Below are positions 37,079 through 51,967 of a DNA stretch of 64,000 bases, piece by piece (position 1 is the stretch's first letter; every line of letters begins with the position of its first letter). The notes beneath the pieces were generated by a model that was not told the origin of the DNA, did not search any database, and saw only the letters and a list, made by a program, of their open reading frames with translations. The DNA comes from Octopus bimaculoides (lineage: Eukaryota): contig NC_068983.1 of NCBI RefSeq assembly GCF_001194135.2, positions 72,115,108 to 72,179,107 of the forward strand, in the 5' to 3' direction. Both the position numbers and the translations under genes were made by a program.

Positions 37079-38424
37079 GATTATAATAGTAGTAGTAATA
37101 CAACAGCAATAACAAGATACACAATTAGATATACTTGTATACAGACACTTGAGTGCATTAGTTGTTTTTAACCTGAGTTTAGTCTTGATTGGAGTAGACC
37201 AATGATCAACGGTATTCTAGCTAAATCCACCCCATCATCAGTTCAAATACAATATGCTTAGGATAACGTAGAGAGCTTCTCATTGACTCCATTACATTAG
37301 TAGATGTTAAAGACATGCACAAAATGTATTGCTTTGCAGTGTTGCAACAAGAAATAATTTCTGATTCAAGCAGTTCTCTCCACTAGTTTAAACTAAAATG
37401 GGGCTAGCATGTCTATATGCGCACGCGCATGCATACATACAATGTTACCATTGTTGGTATATAATGAATATGTAGGTGGACTATGACAAACGCAAAACTA
37501 TTATTGTTGCTGGTGCTGCTACTGCCACTAATCTAGATTGAAGTCTTTAAGAGAGTAATGTTCATCGTTTGATGTTCTAAATTCAAATCTTACATTTTGT
37601 CTTGCTGCAATGAATAAAATAAGTGCCAGGCACCATACTTTATTCTTTTACTGGTTTCAGTCATGCGACTGTGGCTATGCTGGGGCACAACCTTGAAGGT
37701 CTTAGCCAATCATACTGACATCAGCTACAGCAGTAGTTTGATGACAGGTATATTTTGCTAAGGTTGACATGGGAAGAGATTTGCACATGAGAATCAGAGG
37801 ATCATAAAGTATTCAGGATTTGAGAGTAAGAGAGAAAATTGAAACATCATTAGCAAGAAGTATATTCAGAATGATGAAAGCAAACTCACTATGGATATGT
37901 AAGACAAGAAAGTAGCATGGAAGGTCAATTACGATAGGCTGCTGGATGTGGAGAATGCATGGGATAAAGAGGGGTTACTGCATGCTGACCTTACAACAGA
38001 ACCAGCAATTCAAGTTGGCAGCAGCATGGGAAATAAAGTGATCAAAGATATGAAAAAAAGGAAAAACTATAGGTCCATCAAAGATAGTTGTGGAGATATT
38101 CAAACTATCAAGTGAGGTAGAATACATGATTACCATCTGGATAGTTAAAAGAGTTATGCAGAAAGGTGCTAAATCTTCTACACTTCCCTACCTCTCCTAC
38201 TTTATCCACACAACACTTGTACTTCATTCTTTATATTCACCCCCTTACCTACCTCCCATCTTTCACACTTCTATCCACTTTTGCAACTTCTACCCATCTA
38301 CATTACTGATTCTTCTGCCCGACTCCTATTTACCTCATGCCTTGAAGATCCACCCATCAAAGCTATATTATCTCTTCCCAATTTCACCTCCAATCACCAT
38401 CACCCTATTTTCTATAATGTGAGT

Positions 38425-38700
38425 AACCATGCGACTCCTTTACAGCAAGAAACCTTTTCTACTGTAGCCCCTTCTTCCAACTCATCATCTCCTAACCATA
38501 AAACCCCTTCTCTCAGGCTCCATGGTTTTCCATGCTGCAAGGCAGCTTCTCTAGGGCTAATGACACAAAAAGCACCCAGTACATGCTTTCAAGTGTTGAC
38601 ATTAGGAAGGGCATCCAGCCATAGAAACCACATCAATGAAGACAATGTAGACATGATGCAGTCTTTCGGCATCATGATGATGATGATGATGAGGATGATG
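38425..38700 (+). mobile_element. SINE with Meta-like core and (GAT)n tail
   Basis: aaaagcacccagtaca...gacattaggaagggcatccagccatagaaacc...atgatgatg. Confidence 0.65.
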
Positions 38701-39001
38701 ATGATATATAAATATATATATAATTGATAGCAACAAAAGTAATATTAATACCAAAAGGTAATATTTATCTTTGGCTAAAACTAGATGTTGTGTTACAACA
38801 CTGAATATTGTGTTACTTACAATGAAATGACCTCTCATATGGCCTTGACGGTTATTGCCTCTCAGCAATATAAACATGATTGCTTTTATGCACCACAAGT
38901 TCATATGAAAGGTCTCTCATAGTAAATAACATAGTATTTGGTATTCTAACATGACATCCACTTTTAGTGGAAGATAAATATTACCTTTTAAGTATATATA
39001 A

Positions 39002-39040
<39 letters not shown>

Positions 39041-39080
39041 GTTTTTATTATAAATTGACAAAAACATACATGCATATATA

Positions 39081-39191
39081 NNNNNNNNNNNNNNNNNNNN
39101 NNNNNNNNNNNNNNNNNNNNNNNNNNNNNNNNNNNNNNNNNNNNNNNNNNNNNNNNNNNNNNNNNNNNNNNNNNNNNNNNNNNNNNNNNNN
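39081..39191. other. Assembly gap (111 N)
   Basis: Run of N. Confidence 1.
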
Positions 39192-41441
39192 TATATATAC
39201 ATGTATATGTCTGTGTTTTTGCTAAGTTATAATGAAAACAATTTTGCGTTAAATTTAAGGATTATTCAATACTTTTTGCCAAATACATATTTATCGTTCT
39301 TTCACAAGAATAATGTTGACAGTGACTTCAAATATTAACCTGCTTATGTGGGCTAAGCAGGCTGAAATTTTGAAGGCACTGTCAATACTATTCTTGTAAA
39401 AGAATAACACACACACACAGACACAAATATTAATACACACACACACACACAGATGGGAAAGCGAAGAAAAATACATGCACATATATATTCCTAAATCAAA
39501 GTGAAAAATTGTACAAACACTTATGAAGGAGTTTATAGTTCTTAAATATATGATGTGCCAATAAGTCGGCTAATAAATCTATATGTCTTAGGATATGATA
39601 GAGAAAAATGGACATGAAATATATAAAGAGGATAAGACTAATACAACCCTGTAATCTGCATGTGGAAACACTACACATAAACCTGTGTGCGCATACACAT
39701 TCACATACACCATTATACTGATTGAATTAATAGAATTGTTAAACTTTTATCACAAAATTTTATGAGAATATGTTTGATTCCACATCTGAGCTGAAGATAC
39801 TATGATTGATACAATACAGATGAAATATGAAATAATGTAAATATAGCTGCTGTTCCAGAATGACCTCAGCCTTGATAGCTAAAACAAAATAAAGAACTGA
39901 GAAAGAACTATAGGTAAATCATCATCATCATCCTTTAACATCTGTTTTCCATGCTGGCATGGTTCAATGTAAATATTCTTTTATTCTTTTACCAATTCAG
40001 TCATTTGACTGCAGCTATGCTGGAGCACCACCTTAAATTGACCCCAGAACTTATTCTTTGTAAGCCTAGTACATATGTTGTTGTACTTGTATATATACAT
40101 AAACATGAAATATCTTGATATTTGTAGTCATGTGATATTAAATGGAGAGGACAATGAAATGGAGTTTTAACCAAACATTATTACTGATGTAAGAGATACA
40201 TACAAAAAATATTAAATCTTGAACATATTGAAGTAATTTTAGTATTTCTTCCATCTCTTTACATTCTGACTTCAAATCCTGCAGAAGGCAACTATGCCTT
40301 TCAATCTTTCTGGGTCAATAAAATGAAGTAAAGTTTAAAATGTAAGGTATACTTTTTTAATAAACATACAAATTTAGCCCCTAGCTGTGAAATGAAAACA
40401 AAGCGGTTATACTATAGGCTTGATCTTTCCATGGGCAAAAAGAGTGTGGCAATTTGGCTAGTTTCATATCTTCTTGGGGCTTCACCAGAGAAAGAATAGC
40501 CATCTTTTGTCACCAGCACCTTATAGCTATTTATAGTGTTAACAAACTAAGGCTTAGTTAAACTGATCATTCTAATTTGCATAGCAGTGCATGAACTGAC
40601 AAGGTGGCTTAGATAATCAATACACAGCACACAACACTTTTCACAATGAAGATAAAAGTGTATGTTTATTAAAAAGTTAAACCTAACATTTCAAATTATC
40701 CTGAAATGCCACTTAGTGTATCCTGAATTAACCATTGTGTATGTGTATTTCAAATTGAGAAGTTTCAACATAGCTAACTACTTAAGAATTTCAATGAGAA
40801 AGGAAAAAGTTGCAGATCTCTTTCAGCAACATTGAATTTCACAACCAAATCAATCAGAGATGTTGTTCGATAAATTAGATTTAGTAATTACTTGTATACT
40901 TGTGAATTAAATGTAACCATTTATAAATTTAAATTTCCTAAGAATCTTAATTGCTTGTTTAGCTAGTCTATATATTTTATTCTCATTGTGCCTCCAATTC
41001 TTAAAATGCAAGAATATCTTTGCATGTAGATTATCTGCATATAGATACATATACAAATAGAGAAATGGTGTGATATCTACTTTTTTAGTGCATTTTATCT
41101 ATGTAGTATAATACATATCCTACAAATGGAGAAAATCAAATGTGAAGAGAAATTCTTATTTCATGCCTTAGTTGAAAATTCAAATAACTTTAGTTGTATT
41201 AACAGTATACAACAGTCCTATGATTAAAATAATGAGATAAGAACAATTATATTTTTAATGTAATTGTTATTTCTCTTTTATATAAACATTGAATTACATT
41301 AAATACCCAAGCTGAGGATGATGTAAAGAACTCTCTCTCTCTCTTTTCTTATTGTTACCTTGGGTTTACAACACCATTACTCAACATTGTGCATTTCAGT
41401 CTAATGTTTGCTTTGTCTATTTGTGCTGTTGCTAGATTTTC

Positions 41442-41480
<39 letters not shown>

Positions 41481-41693
41481 ATGTGCATGTGCTTAGACGT
41501 GTACTTTTCTTTAGTTTCCCTGTGGTGTTTTGTTTTTATATAATATTCCCTTCTGTTACCACTGACCAGCAAAAGTAACTTGGTAGTAAATCAAGTCTCT
41601 CTCTCACATACACACACACACACTGATTCACTTACACTATATCCCTGCCAAACTCTCACCTTTTCTCTCTACAAAAAAAAGTGTGTGTGTGTA

Positions 41694-41837
41694 TGTTAAT
41701 AATTAATAGCACTAATTTCAAAATACTGATTTTTAACAGGCACAAGCTTCAAATTTGGAGGAGGGTATATTCAATTATATAAATCTTCAGAGTTTTTTTT
41801 TGGTATTTATTCTAGTGATGCCAGAAGATAAACAGTA
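41694..41837 (+). repeat. Local direct duplication, copy 1 (copy 2 at 45009-45150)
   Basis: tgttaataattaatagcactaatttcaaaatactgatttttaacaggcacaagct...gtgatgccagaag.ataaacagta occurs twice, 3.3 kb apart. Confidence 0.9.
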
Positions 41838-43646
41838 CGTGTGTGCACACATGTGCATGCACTTTCACCTCATTCACTCAGTCTCACCCTCACAGTACCA
41901 ACTTTTTGTTTTCTTACCCTTCCTCCCTATAATTAAAATAATATGAGAGATAAAATTATTAGTGAAATCATTGTCTTATTTCCCTCTACTTGTATGGCTG
42001 CACATTATAGACCTCTTTGATTTACTTCCAATTAGACACACACACATTCCTAACATCTAGTTCTGTTGATAGTGAAATGATCTACTGGCAGAAAAGTTGG
42101 GGATTCCTATCCAACTTTTAATATTTCTTTGTATCAGTAACACAGATAATCACCTTTCAAAAACACCTAACTCCCACTCTACATAAGTGACCAACAAACA
42201 TCCTACAATCACTGCACCACAGATGTACAGTGTCCAAGCTTTTTCTTTCCTGTTTGCTCCTTCTCAGACAAAAAGGCTTTGTATCACCTCTATCTACACT
42301 TACATTATGTACCTGCTTTTCTCTTCTCATTATCCTTACTGTAACTCACTCCAAAAGTCAATATTAAACATACTGAGACTTTCTTTCTTATAACACAGTA
42401 CTCTGGCACTCACTTTCCCATATTTTCCTTATGAGCATCTGTCAACAAAACCTCAAGCCAAATTCAACTGTGTTGATCTCACCAGTCTAGTGGGGCAAAC
42501 TAAAGATATAGGCTCTGTTACTTCTCCTCAAGAATTGTTGCTCCAAAAAAAAAAAAGAAAAGAAATGATAAATAAATAAATAAAACTAAAGAAAAATCTA
42601 GGGAGATCCAATTGATGAGTGCTTTATTAGCTTTCAATGCTAACCTGAAACTCTTATGTGAATCACTCCAATATACTTTTCTTTGAAATACAGGACATTA
42701 CTTTTTCTTTTTAATACCTAATTAGCTTTTAAGTACATTTAATTTGCTTCAATCATTTATACTATCACTTCAACTTTTCCCCTACACAAAGAAATATTTG
42801 TTGCAAATATACAAACTTAGGTGCAATTAATACTGTGACACATCTGTACAAGATTGATGATTAGGATTTCTGAGAAAATCTAGCTGATCCATGAACATCT
42901 GCATGAAAATACAGATATTATATGATCAAACGCACAATAACGATGATTTGATGGTAGTTATAAAAATATTGGACTGTAACATTAATGAGACTAATGATAC
43001 TGGAACAAAAGAAGTTAGGTTGATTCCTAATTTAACACTCACAATTCAATGATGATTAAAATGTCGTATTGATCATAAGGAAAAGATGCACTATGAAATT
43101 TATGAGGAAAATAAAACTATCATTTGTAGGTAACAATAAAAAGAAAACTGTTTGAAATAAATCATTCAAACATCCTTCTTTTTCTTGTTAATATATAATA
43201 TTGTATTTTATGGTTACAATATTCTTTACTTATTTGTGTCTATCTTCAACTTATTTTTCTAAGTTCACATATTATTACCAACAAAAATTGTGAAAATTTA
43301 CATATTTATTAAGTGCATACATTTGTCTCTTTACTTAATGTTTTCTAGTTTTGAAAAGCCCTTTCAAATCTTTTATTATTAGCATATATTAAGTCCACTG
43401 TAACATTTTCTGAAGTAACATTTTTATGACCATATACTTAAAGATTTCTAAAGCTTGAATTATTTCAAATGTAGAAAATATTTTTAGGAAATAAAACTTT
43501 ATTATTACCATTATTATTATCTGCAATGAAATAAACTGTGTACACATTTATGTAGGTAGCCATCACAAAGATGGAAAATAAAGACTTTTATTTTAGTTTT
43601 AGAAATAATTAACTTGCTTTAGAAAAAGATCTTAAAATTTTATACA

Positions 43647-43832
43647 GGCACAGGAGTGGCTGTGTGGTAAGTAGCTTGCTTACCAATCACATGGTTCTGG
43701 GTTCTGTCCCACTGCATGGCACCTTGGGCAAGTGCTTCTACTATAGCCTCTAGCTTCAGGCCGACCAAAGCTTTGTGAGTGGATTTGGTAGACGGAAACT
43801 GAAAGAAGCCTGTCATGTGTGTGTGTATGTAT

Positions 43833-43880
<48 letters not shown>

Positions 43881-43974
43881 TCATCATCATCGGTTAACGT
43901 TCACTTTCCATGCTAGCATGGGTTGGATGATTTGACTGAGGACTGGTGAACCAGATGGCTACACCAGGCTCCAA

Positions 43975-44022
<48 letters not shown>

Positions 44023-44228
44023 GTTTGAGTGTTTATGTTTGTCCCCCAACATTGCTTGACAACCAATTCTGGTATGTTTACATCCCTGTAACTCAGCAGT
44101 TCAGCAAAAGAGCGTGATAGAATAAGTACTAGGCTTACAAAGAATAAGTCCCGAGTTGATTTGATCAACTAAAGGCAGTGCTTCAGCATGGCCACAGTCA
44201 AATGACTGAAACAAATGAAAGAATAAAA
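43647..44228 (+). mobile_element. Bipartite tRNA SINE with a nested antisense SINE 3' fragment (43878-43978) in its (TA)n linker
   Basis: Same family as 31450-31863. The internal (TA)n is split by tcatcatcatcggttaacgttcactttccatgctagcatgggttgga...ccaggctccaatctg. Confidence 0.85.
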
Positions 44229-45008
44229 TATTTATAAAAAAATTATTGTTTTTATTGTTAGCATTAATTGATATAGTATGTAAGTTTCAATGTAATTTCA
44301 TTGAAGACTTTTAGTCTCCCATCATGTACTATTCTGAACATTTATGTATAAATATATACACACACAGAGAGTATTAGAAATGTCTCTTTAGCATTAATGT
44401 AAACAAGCTAACAACAACAACAACCAGGGTCAGTTGAACTTTTTAATGTACATGTTGTCTCCTCTTTCTCTGTTTCATCCTTCAACCCTCCCAAATATAG
44501 CCTTCACTCACCTCCTCATAAGGCAGATCTTAATTCATCTAATCAAGATATTTAATTTCTGAGAATGCTGTATAAGACAACTAGAAATTAGTTGGGGTTA
44601 TGATCAATGTCTATGTGAAAAAATTTAAAAGAAAGAATAAATTTGAAGCCTTGTTTCTGCTGTTTCTGCTATGTTTTGCTTGTCCAGCAAATGTTGGAAA
44701 GTGATAAATTCCCATGAAATCTGGCTATAAAAAGCAGTTGACTATGAGGTGTTGAGTATAAAGTGACAGAAATACAGAGAAAAAAACAAAACAAGTACAT
44801 TTATATAGAACTGGTGAGGTAAGAAAAAAGGAGGGCTAATTGTTTAGATTTTTGATAAAGTCAAAGACTTGTGCAATCAAAGAAATAACTTATGTATCCA
44901 GAATCAAAGGTTACTATGGAATACAGTTCTTGAATACAAAGAAAAAGGAATCTTGGTAATCCAACATTATATTCCAGTAATTAAGTCCTTAATTAATGCC
45001 AAAGATAT

Positions 45009-45150
45009 TGTTAATAATTAATAGCACTAATTTCAAAATACTGATTTTTAACAGGCACAAGCTGCAAATTTGTAGGAGGGTATATTCAATTATATAAAAC
45101 TTCAGAGATTTTTGGTATTTATTCTAGTGATGCCAGAAGGATAAACAGTA
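45009..45150 (+). repeat. Local direct duplication, copy 2
   Basis: Matches 41694-41837. Confidence 0.9.
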
Positions 45151-45480
45151 AAGTCTTTGAATCTGGTGAGATTGTCAACCCTTTACTATTTCTACCAATC
45201 AATCACAAGAATGAAAACAACTGACTGAAGTAACATTTGAACTCAGAATGTAAAGGGACTTGACTTAATATTGCCCTCTACCGATTTTGTCATCTCATGC
45301 CAATTCTCTAATTTAATAGTATTACACTATAGTGAAAACAGTTTGCATTCAAACGGACTATTATACAGATGTTTACTTTTCATACTGGTAGTCATTAAAT
45401 ATCATAAAATAAATAAGCAATTTGATAAGCCAGTGAGGGAAATTCTGTGCTACTCAACCTATCAGCTTATAATCCCGCTG

Positions 45481-45516
<36 letters not shown>

Positions 45517-48500
45517 ATGAAGAGTATACATTGAATAAAGCTGTCCCAGGTAAACTTTGAACAAAAACATGACAGTCATTAGATCTACTTGATCAGGGCC
45601 AACTTGAGGTTAAACAAAAGTCAAGTCAAGCAATTTGATGTTTTTAATAATAAATAAACATAAATGCATACTTTAAAATCAATAATTTACAAAACGTGTA
45701 GGAAATGAATGAGTTGTTAAGATTGCTGGAATGCTAAGTTCAAATCTTGCCATAGAGTTTGTATTTGTGGAATCACTCTAAACAAGACTCTGCTGTTTTA
45801 AATTAACTAAGCTGAAAACAAACAGCAACTTGTTTTTCTCATTTGAAAGGTTGACATTAGGAAGATTATCCACAATTGACATAACATTGTTATTAGCTGA
45901 GGTTTCAGAATAATGTTAAAATAGTTATCATGAAAAATATGCATGCAAAACATATTTAAAAGAAAACACTTGCTGGTAATATCTTCTCTAAGTATCATGA
46001 CCTGATTAAAACCTTGCAAGCATTTCATTATCAATAAGTTAACATTATTATTGTCAGTTATATTGATTATATAAATTTAAACACAGGTTCAGTGGTGCAA
46101 GGTGATCAATTAATTTAGCACCAGCATAGAGAGTAACATATTAAACTACAATTTTGTTTTTATGAATATATTAAGATGTGAGAGTATAAAATAATTCATT
46201 GTAAAGCATTTCAAAGTAGTGTTCTATTCAGAGAGCTTTTCAAACAAATTGTTAAAGTGATCAAACATTTTTCTGTTTCTTCCTCTCTGACTCACACACA
46301 TACATATGTGTACAAGCAAATTAATACATACAAATACTCAGAGGTACTCAAAAATCTATAAGTGTGTTTGTGAGTGTGTCTATGTGTGTATGTGGCTTAA
46401 CAAAAAAAAAATGATTTCATTATAATTTAAATAAATTTAATTATGCCTTTGATTATATAATTTTAAGATGGGGTCAAACCTTATCTGTTTGAAAGGAATT
46501 CAGTAAAATTATTAGATAAAATGGCATATAAACTATTGTATACTAAGGTAATAAGCAGTACATTTTCTCAATGACCTTCATTAACAATTCTAGAATCAGC
46601 TTCCTTTGTTAAAAAGGAATACTAAGGGGAAAGATTAGAGTTGTTGGTACTATTTAACCCCAGGTTAGCCTTGATGGAGCAGCCCTGTAATCAGAGGCCT
46701 TCCAGTTACAAAAATGTATCTTTTCCTTCTATAGACACAGTGCACTCATGACCACATTATCCAATGTAACTTTTCTAAGAGAGTACACAAGCTGTAATTT
46801 GAGGGACATTTGGCTACTATATTTAGCATGATGATTAACCACACTGCCTTATTATCTTATTATTACCTTATCATCTTACTATTAACTTATCTTACATTAT
46901 CTTATTATCTTACTAATATAAATATCATTGTATATTCTCTAGATAGGTACAAAACCTAAGGGTTTTTTTTTTTAAGTAAAACAAATTCAAGCGGTGATAT
47001 CCATCGTTTGTAGTTTAAAGGAAATTATTCCAATTAGAAATTAAAAGAGGCATGCATTCAGCCAGCTAATTGTTATTTAATGATATGTGCCACAACGCAT
47101 CCTAAAGCTAATAAAAGTCATTAGTTTACTTTTAATCACTGAAACCTAATCCAAAATTTAATGATATCTTCAATCCAAGAAATAAAGAAACAAGTAAACA
47201 GACAATCAAGTCCAAATGAGATAATTAAACTCAAAACATTAGCTTCAATTGTGACTTTTTGTTTATAATGAATCTGGTGTTTTGAATTACAATATCAACA
47301 GATCAGGAAGGTGAATTGTTAAGTAACTGGAGATAGTTGGTATCGTCAATTGTTGCTGGTGGAAACATGAGATGGGAAGAGATGAATATAATTGGAAATG
47401 GTTGGCATTTACCACTGAACGGCATTTGTTGCTGGTAGGAACATGAAATAGGAATAGATATAATATGATGGACATGGAAAAACAAAAACAACTGTTGAAA
47501 GTCAGCATTAGAGGATATTCATAACAGGAGTAAACAAAATAACCTTCAGATGAAGTAGTTAGGTCATACTTGAGATTATTGGTACTTTCAGAGACGATAA
47601 GGCAGGATCAAGAAACATGTAAAGATGCAGTCTGGTATACCAATTTAACCCAATCTAACATGAAAAATAAAGTCATAACTATTAAAATGATGATGATGAT
47701 GATGGCAGTGGTGGTGATGGCAGCTTAGTGACTGAGGTGAAGGCCAATTACTCTAAATAACAAACTGCAAGTTTTAATTATAACCCCTGTAGAGTTCAAA
47801 TTAGAAAGGTGACTGAATGAATTAAATTAGAATGGTTATCATAGAGCTTAAAGTACTATAAGTTAATGTTTTACAGGAATAAATGAGAAACAAAAGAGTT
47901 TCTATAGGGCAGTAGTACTCATAAGAAAAAAAACTACATGTAATATTTGGTGCATCAAATTAAAGCAGAAACACAAGGAGAAGGAATAGTAGGTGCTAGA
48001 GCCAGTCTATATTATAAAAACCAACAACTAGAATTTGTTATTCTAAATGATTGCAACAAAGATAAATCTGCCAAAGATACGTGACGATCAGATGTAGGTC
48101 ACAGATCAGGCATTACTATCTGGTGTGTGTCATCACTGGCAAAAGTTTAAAACCTGAATAGGCACGATTTTGTCAAGCATTTTTTTTTTGTGTACATCAA
48201 CCGAATAATAAAATTATTGATAAAGATTCAAATGGATGTTACTTTCACTTGCAGTAGTTACTGTCATCAATCTAAGAGGATATGTAGCAGGGATAATAGA
48301 AAGGATGATGTTGTTTTAGAGAAGATTAAAGGACACTTAAGATAGAAAAGGAGCAACATATGAATATTACTGAAAATGAGGGAGAAGGGAGTCATATAAA
48401 ATATAAAGATAAGCCAATGTTTACCACAGAGTCATACACTTCATTTATAGAGTATAATCTGTTAAAAAATTGTTTGAAAAAGAGTAGGTTATTTGATAAT

Positions 48501-50039
48501 TCCCATTAACTTCACAGAACTGCTTGTGGTAAGAAAACTTAATATAAACCACCTCCATCTTAACTGTGCAGCAGTTTATATATATATTTCACACAAGACA
48601 ATTGCATTCAGCTAGTTTACCTGAGATGCAAGTTTTTCTCTTATTTACTCTTTGAAAGAGTTCAGTGATCAATGCACAAATCCAGTATACTAAATATGAT
48701 ATATTTCATGTGAGACCATACTAAATCCATCATCACATGTTACAGTGAACATATTATGACAGTCTAGAAATATTCCATCGAGTTTACTTTAGTATGTCCA
48801 TAAATTTTGGAGATAACTGAAACAAGAGTAGGAGGACAAAACTTAGGTAAATTGCGTAATTTAGACACTTCTGATAATTTTCACCCAGGCTGTTTCCAAA
48901 TTCAGTTTGATGGTGATGATTTTTTTTTTTTCTTAAAATTTCTATGAAAAATGCCAAACTACGAAAGGTTAGTTGAGATGAATAAGTTAAGGTATAATAT
49001 GTTCATGTGCTGGGGTGTGATCTCTACCAGAATATGAGTGTGTATGTGGTGGTAGTGTCTTTAGTGATGGGCAGGGGTGCATTTGTCTTGCCATTTTTAA
49101 GCTTCATGTTTATGTTTATCATCAGTTTGATAATATTCATAGTATATTATAATATATTGTGCAAATGATGCAGTCTGAATATTTTAAGGCACTTTCAGTA
49201 AACTACGCCTAACAAGATATTTATTTTCATAGTAATGTTATTGTATAGCTCTAAGTCAATCCTGATAAGGCAAACCCTCAATCACAAGTAATCCAGTTGG
49301 GCCATCATTTTTTGACATCCTAACCATTTTTTTAATGTACTTTGGAGTATATTATGCATCTTCCTCTATTTAAAGGTGGTTAGGTGTAATTTTAGGGACT
49401 TTTAGCATTTATTTCTAGCAAGTCAATAATTTTCTTCTTTTGTATCTCATAAGAAGAAATACTCTTAATGGAAGCAGACAAAATTAAAGGACAACAGGAT
49501 AGTGATATACAGATTCTTTGTGATGAAAGTTCATAGGACCTAAGCACAAGTCCAGAAATAAATACCAGCTTTATTGTTGATGCGTATTCTGAAGACATGA
49601 ACAGTTTCACTGAAAGGAGAGTGTGAAGGTGTTTAAGCCCGCTTTGTTTGTAAAAAGTGGGCTGAGTTAAGATTTTTCTAGGTTTAGCATGTAATTTTGT
49701 TGTCCCACTGAATATGGGAATCAGATTAGAGTTTAATCTGATTCCCTGTACCATTAATCACATTCTACACGTTAGAATTATCTGTATGGTAAGAAAGTTG
49801 GGATACAGATTAAAGTTTGGTAAAAAAAAAATTATTGCTTTGGCGTAAATGTATATTCTGATGGGAATGTTTTAGAGTGTATATTTTAAAGTGTATGTGT
49901 GTACTTTAGAGTGTGTGTGTAATGGGGGGTGTATATGTTTATATGTTTTGTGTTTCTTGAGATGAGGTAAATGACATAGGGAGTTAAGGATGTTATCAAA
50001 GTTGCACACTAACATTTTCAATGGGTCTAGAGATATATA

Positions 50040-50340
50040 ACGATTCCTTAATTATTATTCCATCCAAGGAGGATGGATTGTGCCTGTGACATTTGCAGGC
50101 CCCTTTGTAAAGTTGATATAGTTAATGTTCAACTTGAATTTCTACAGAGGGAATCATTGACAGGAAGGGAATTCCAGAGAGGAGGAGAAATAATTAGATA
50201 AAGTGTTCCCTGCATCAGAGAATAGAAGTCATGATAGTAGTAAACAATAGTCTGTGGATTTTTGGCTGTAGAGTATTGGTGAATGAGTGTTAGTCAGTCA
50301 TAAGACTAGGATGTTTGTGCATGTAGTTGCAAAAATATGA
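50040..50340 (-). mobile_element. Degenerate CR1/L2-like LINE 3' end
   Basis: Minus strand ...ctctggaattcccttcctgtc...ttcaagttgaacattaac resembles the W-N-S-L-P...F-K ending of CR1-group ORF2; heavily decayed. Confidence 0.4.
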
Positions 50341-50747
50341 AGCCAAATGCTTGCTACAATACTCCATGGTAAATCATACTAAAGTTAACAGTTGAAAGAC
50401 TTCACTAGGTTCTTTACTTTAGTGTTCACCAACAAGCAATAGAATTATAATTTGCAAGTAAAATTCTCAAATGGATAAATCAAGCAAAAATAATTACTCA
50501 ATCTGTTATTTTATCAAAAATTGTGGAATATATGATACAAAAATTTACCATATTTATTCATGGTTCTAACAATTTACTCCCCAATTCCAACACACAAAAA
50601 CTAAGGTAAATAAAATAAAAAGTGCATCAGATATTGACAATATTCTTTCATTAGAACAGTCAAGAATCTTTGCATAGAGATCACTGTCACAATTTTGTAT
50701 TCCAGAAGAAATCAATAGATTTTTCTCTCAAGAAAAATGTTGCTTAC

Positions 50748-50790
<43 letters not shown>

Positions 50791-51659
50791 ATGTGTGTTC
50801 GTACATGTATGTTTGTGTATGCTCAAGCATTTTTTTTTCAAGATTCTGTCTCTTCTTTGCAGTATATTACTGTTTATTTCTTCTACAGAAAGCAAAAAAA
50901 TGTGAAGAAACAAAATGAATGTTTAAACATGAATTTAATCAATATAGTTATGGGCAAAGTACATTTACTAAATGATTGTGTAAAGACTACACTATGTGAA
51001 TGAACAAGTTGTTCTGAAGGAAGATAAGGGGGGGGGGTAAAGATAAACGGAAGTTTGAATAAAAAGACATTAGGATTATGGTGAAGAAAAAAGCTGATGA
51101 ACAAGATAGGTAATGAATAAATAGAATAAACAAGTATGTTAGCTGGGTTGGATACAGATGAAAGTTCCACTGAGATGTTTGCAAGGAGATTAGGTGGATC
51201 ATTGAAAATTATGTTAAAAGAAGTAAATATATAGATCAGGCTTGCTTACTCGAGTTGCTTGATGGAGTGGAATGGCATTGGAGATTATATATGTTTAAGG
51301 CCAACTAGGTAAATTTTAAGAAACTGAAAAATTCAGCAGAATTCAGGTGAGCAGAGAGAGCAGCTGAGCATTGAAACTATTTTCTGATGGGTGCAGGAGA
51401 AACAATTGCTTTGTTATGGACATTTAATAATTGAAATAATAAAACAATGGATATTAGTTGAAAAAGTGGCATGTACTATTAATGGAAGGTATTCATAGAA
51501 GCGGAAGACCTGAGGAAGACAAAGGTAAAAGTGGTGATATCAGACTTTTAACTACTAAGTCTCATAGATGAGATGACAAATATCAAGATGAATAGAGACA
51601 GCTTGTACAAGATGTATGTCCAATCAATGTGGGTATGTTAAAAATTTTAAAAGCAGATA

Positions 51660-51688
51660 TTATTATTATTATTAATAACAACAACAAC

Positions 51689-51727
<39 letters not shown>

Positions 51728-51742
51728 TAAAAACAATAATAG

Positions 51743-51818
<76 letters not shown>

Positions 51819-51833
51819 GTGAANNNNNNNNNN

Positions 51834-51889
<56 letters not shown>

Positions 51890-51928
51890 GTGAAGTGAAA
51901 GCACGGTATAAAAATAAAACTACTGAAC

Positions 51929-51965
<37 letters not shown>
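51660..51965. repeat. Long interrupted (TAA)n array containing a 10-N gap (51824-51833)
   Basis: Directly visible; source of the poly-Y/I/L spurious ORFs. Confidence 0.95.
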
Positions 51966-51966
<1 letters not shown>

Positions 51967-51967
51967 T

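Noticed and set aside
40441-40500. Hammerhead-like string on minus strand (CTGGTGA...GAAACTAGC)
   Set aside because: Core A6 is mutated, stem II does not pair and there is no NUH triplet; at most a very decayed relic.
51810-51900. Repeated aataataagtgaa on both sides of the 10-N gap, suggesting serial insertions
   Set aside because: Most likely the same sequence represented twice across a scaffolding gap.
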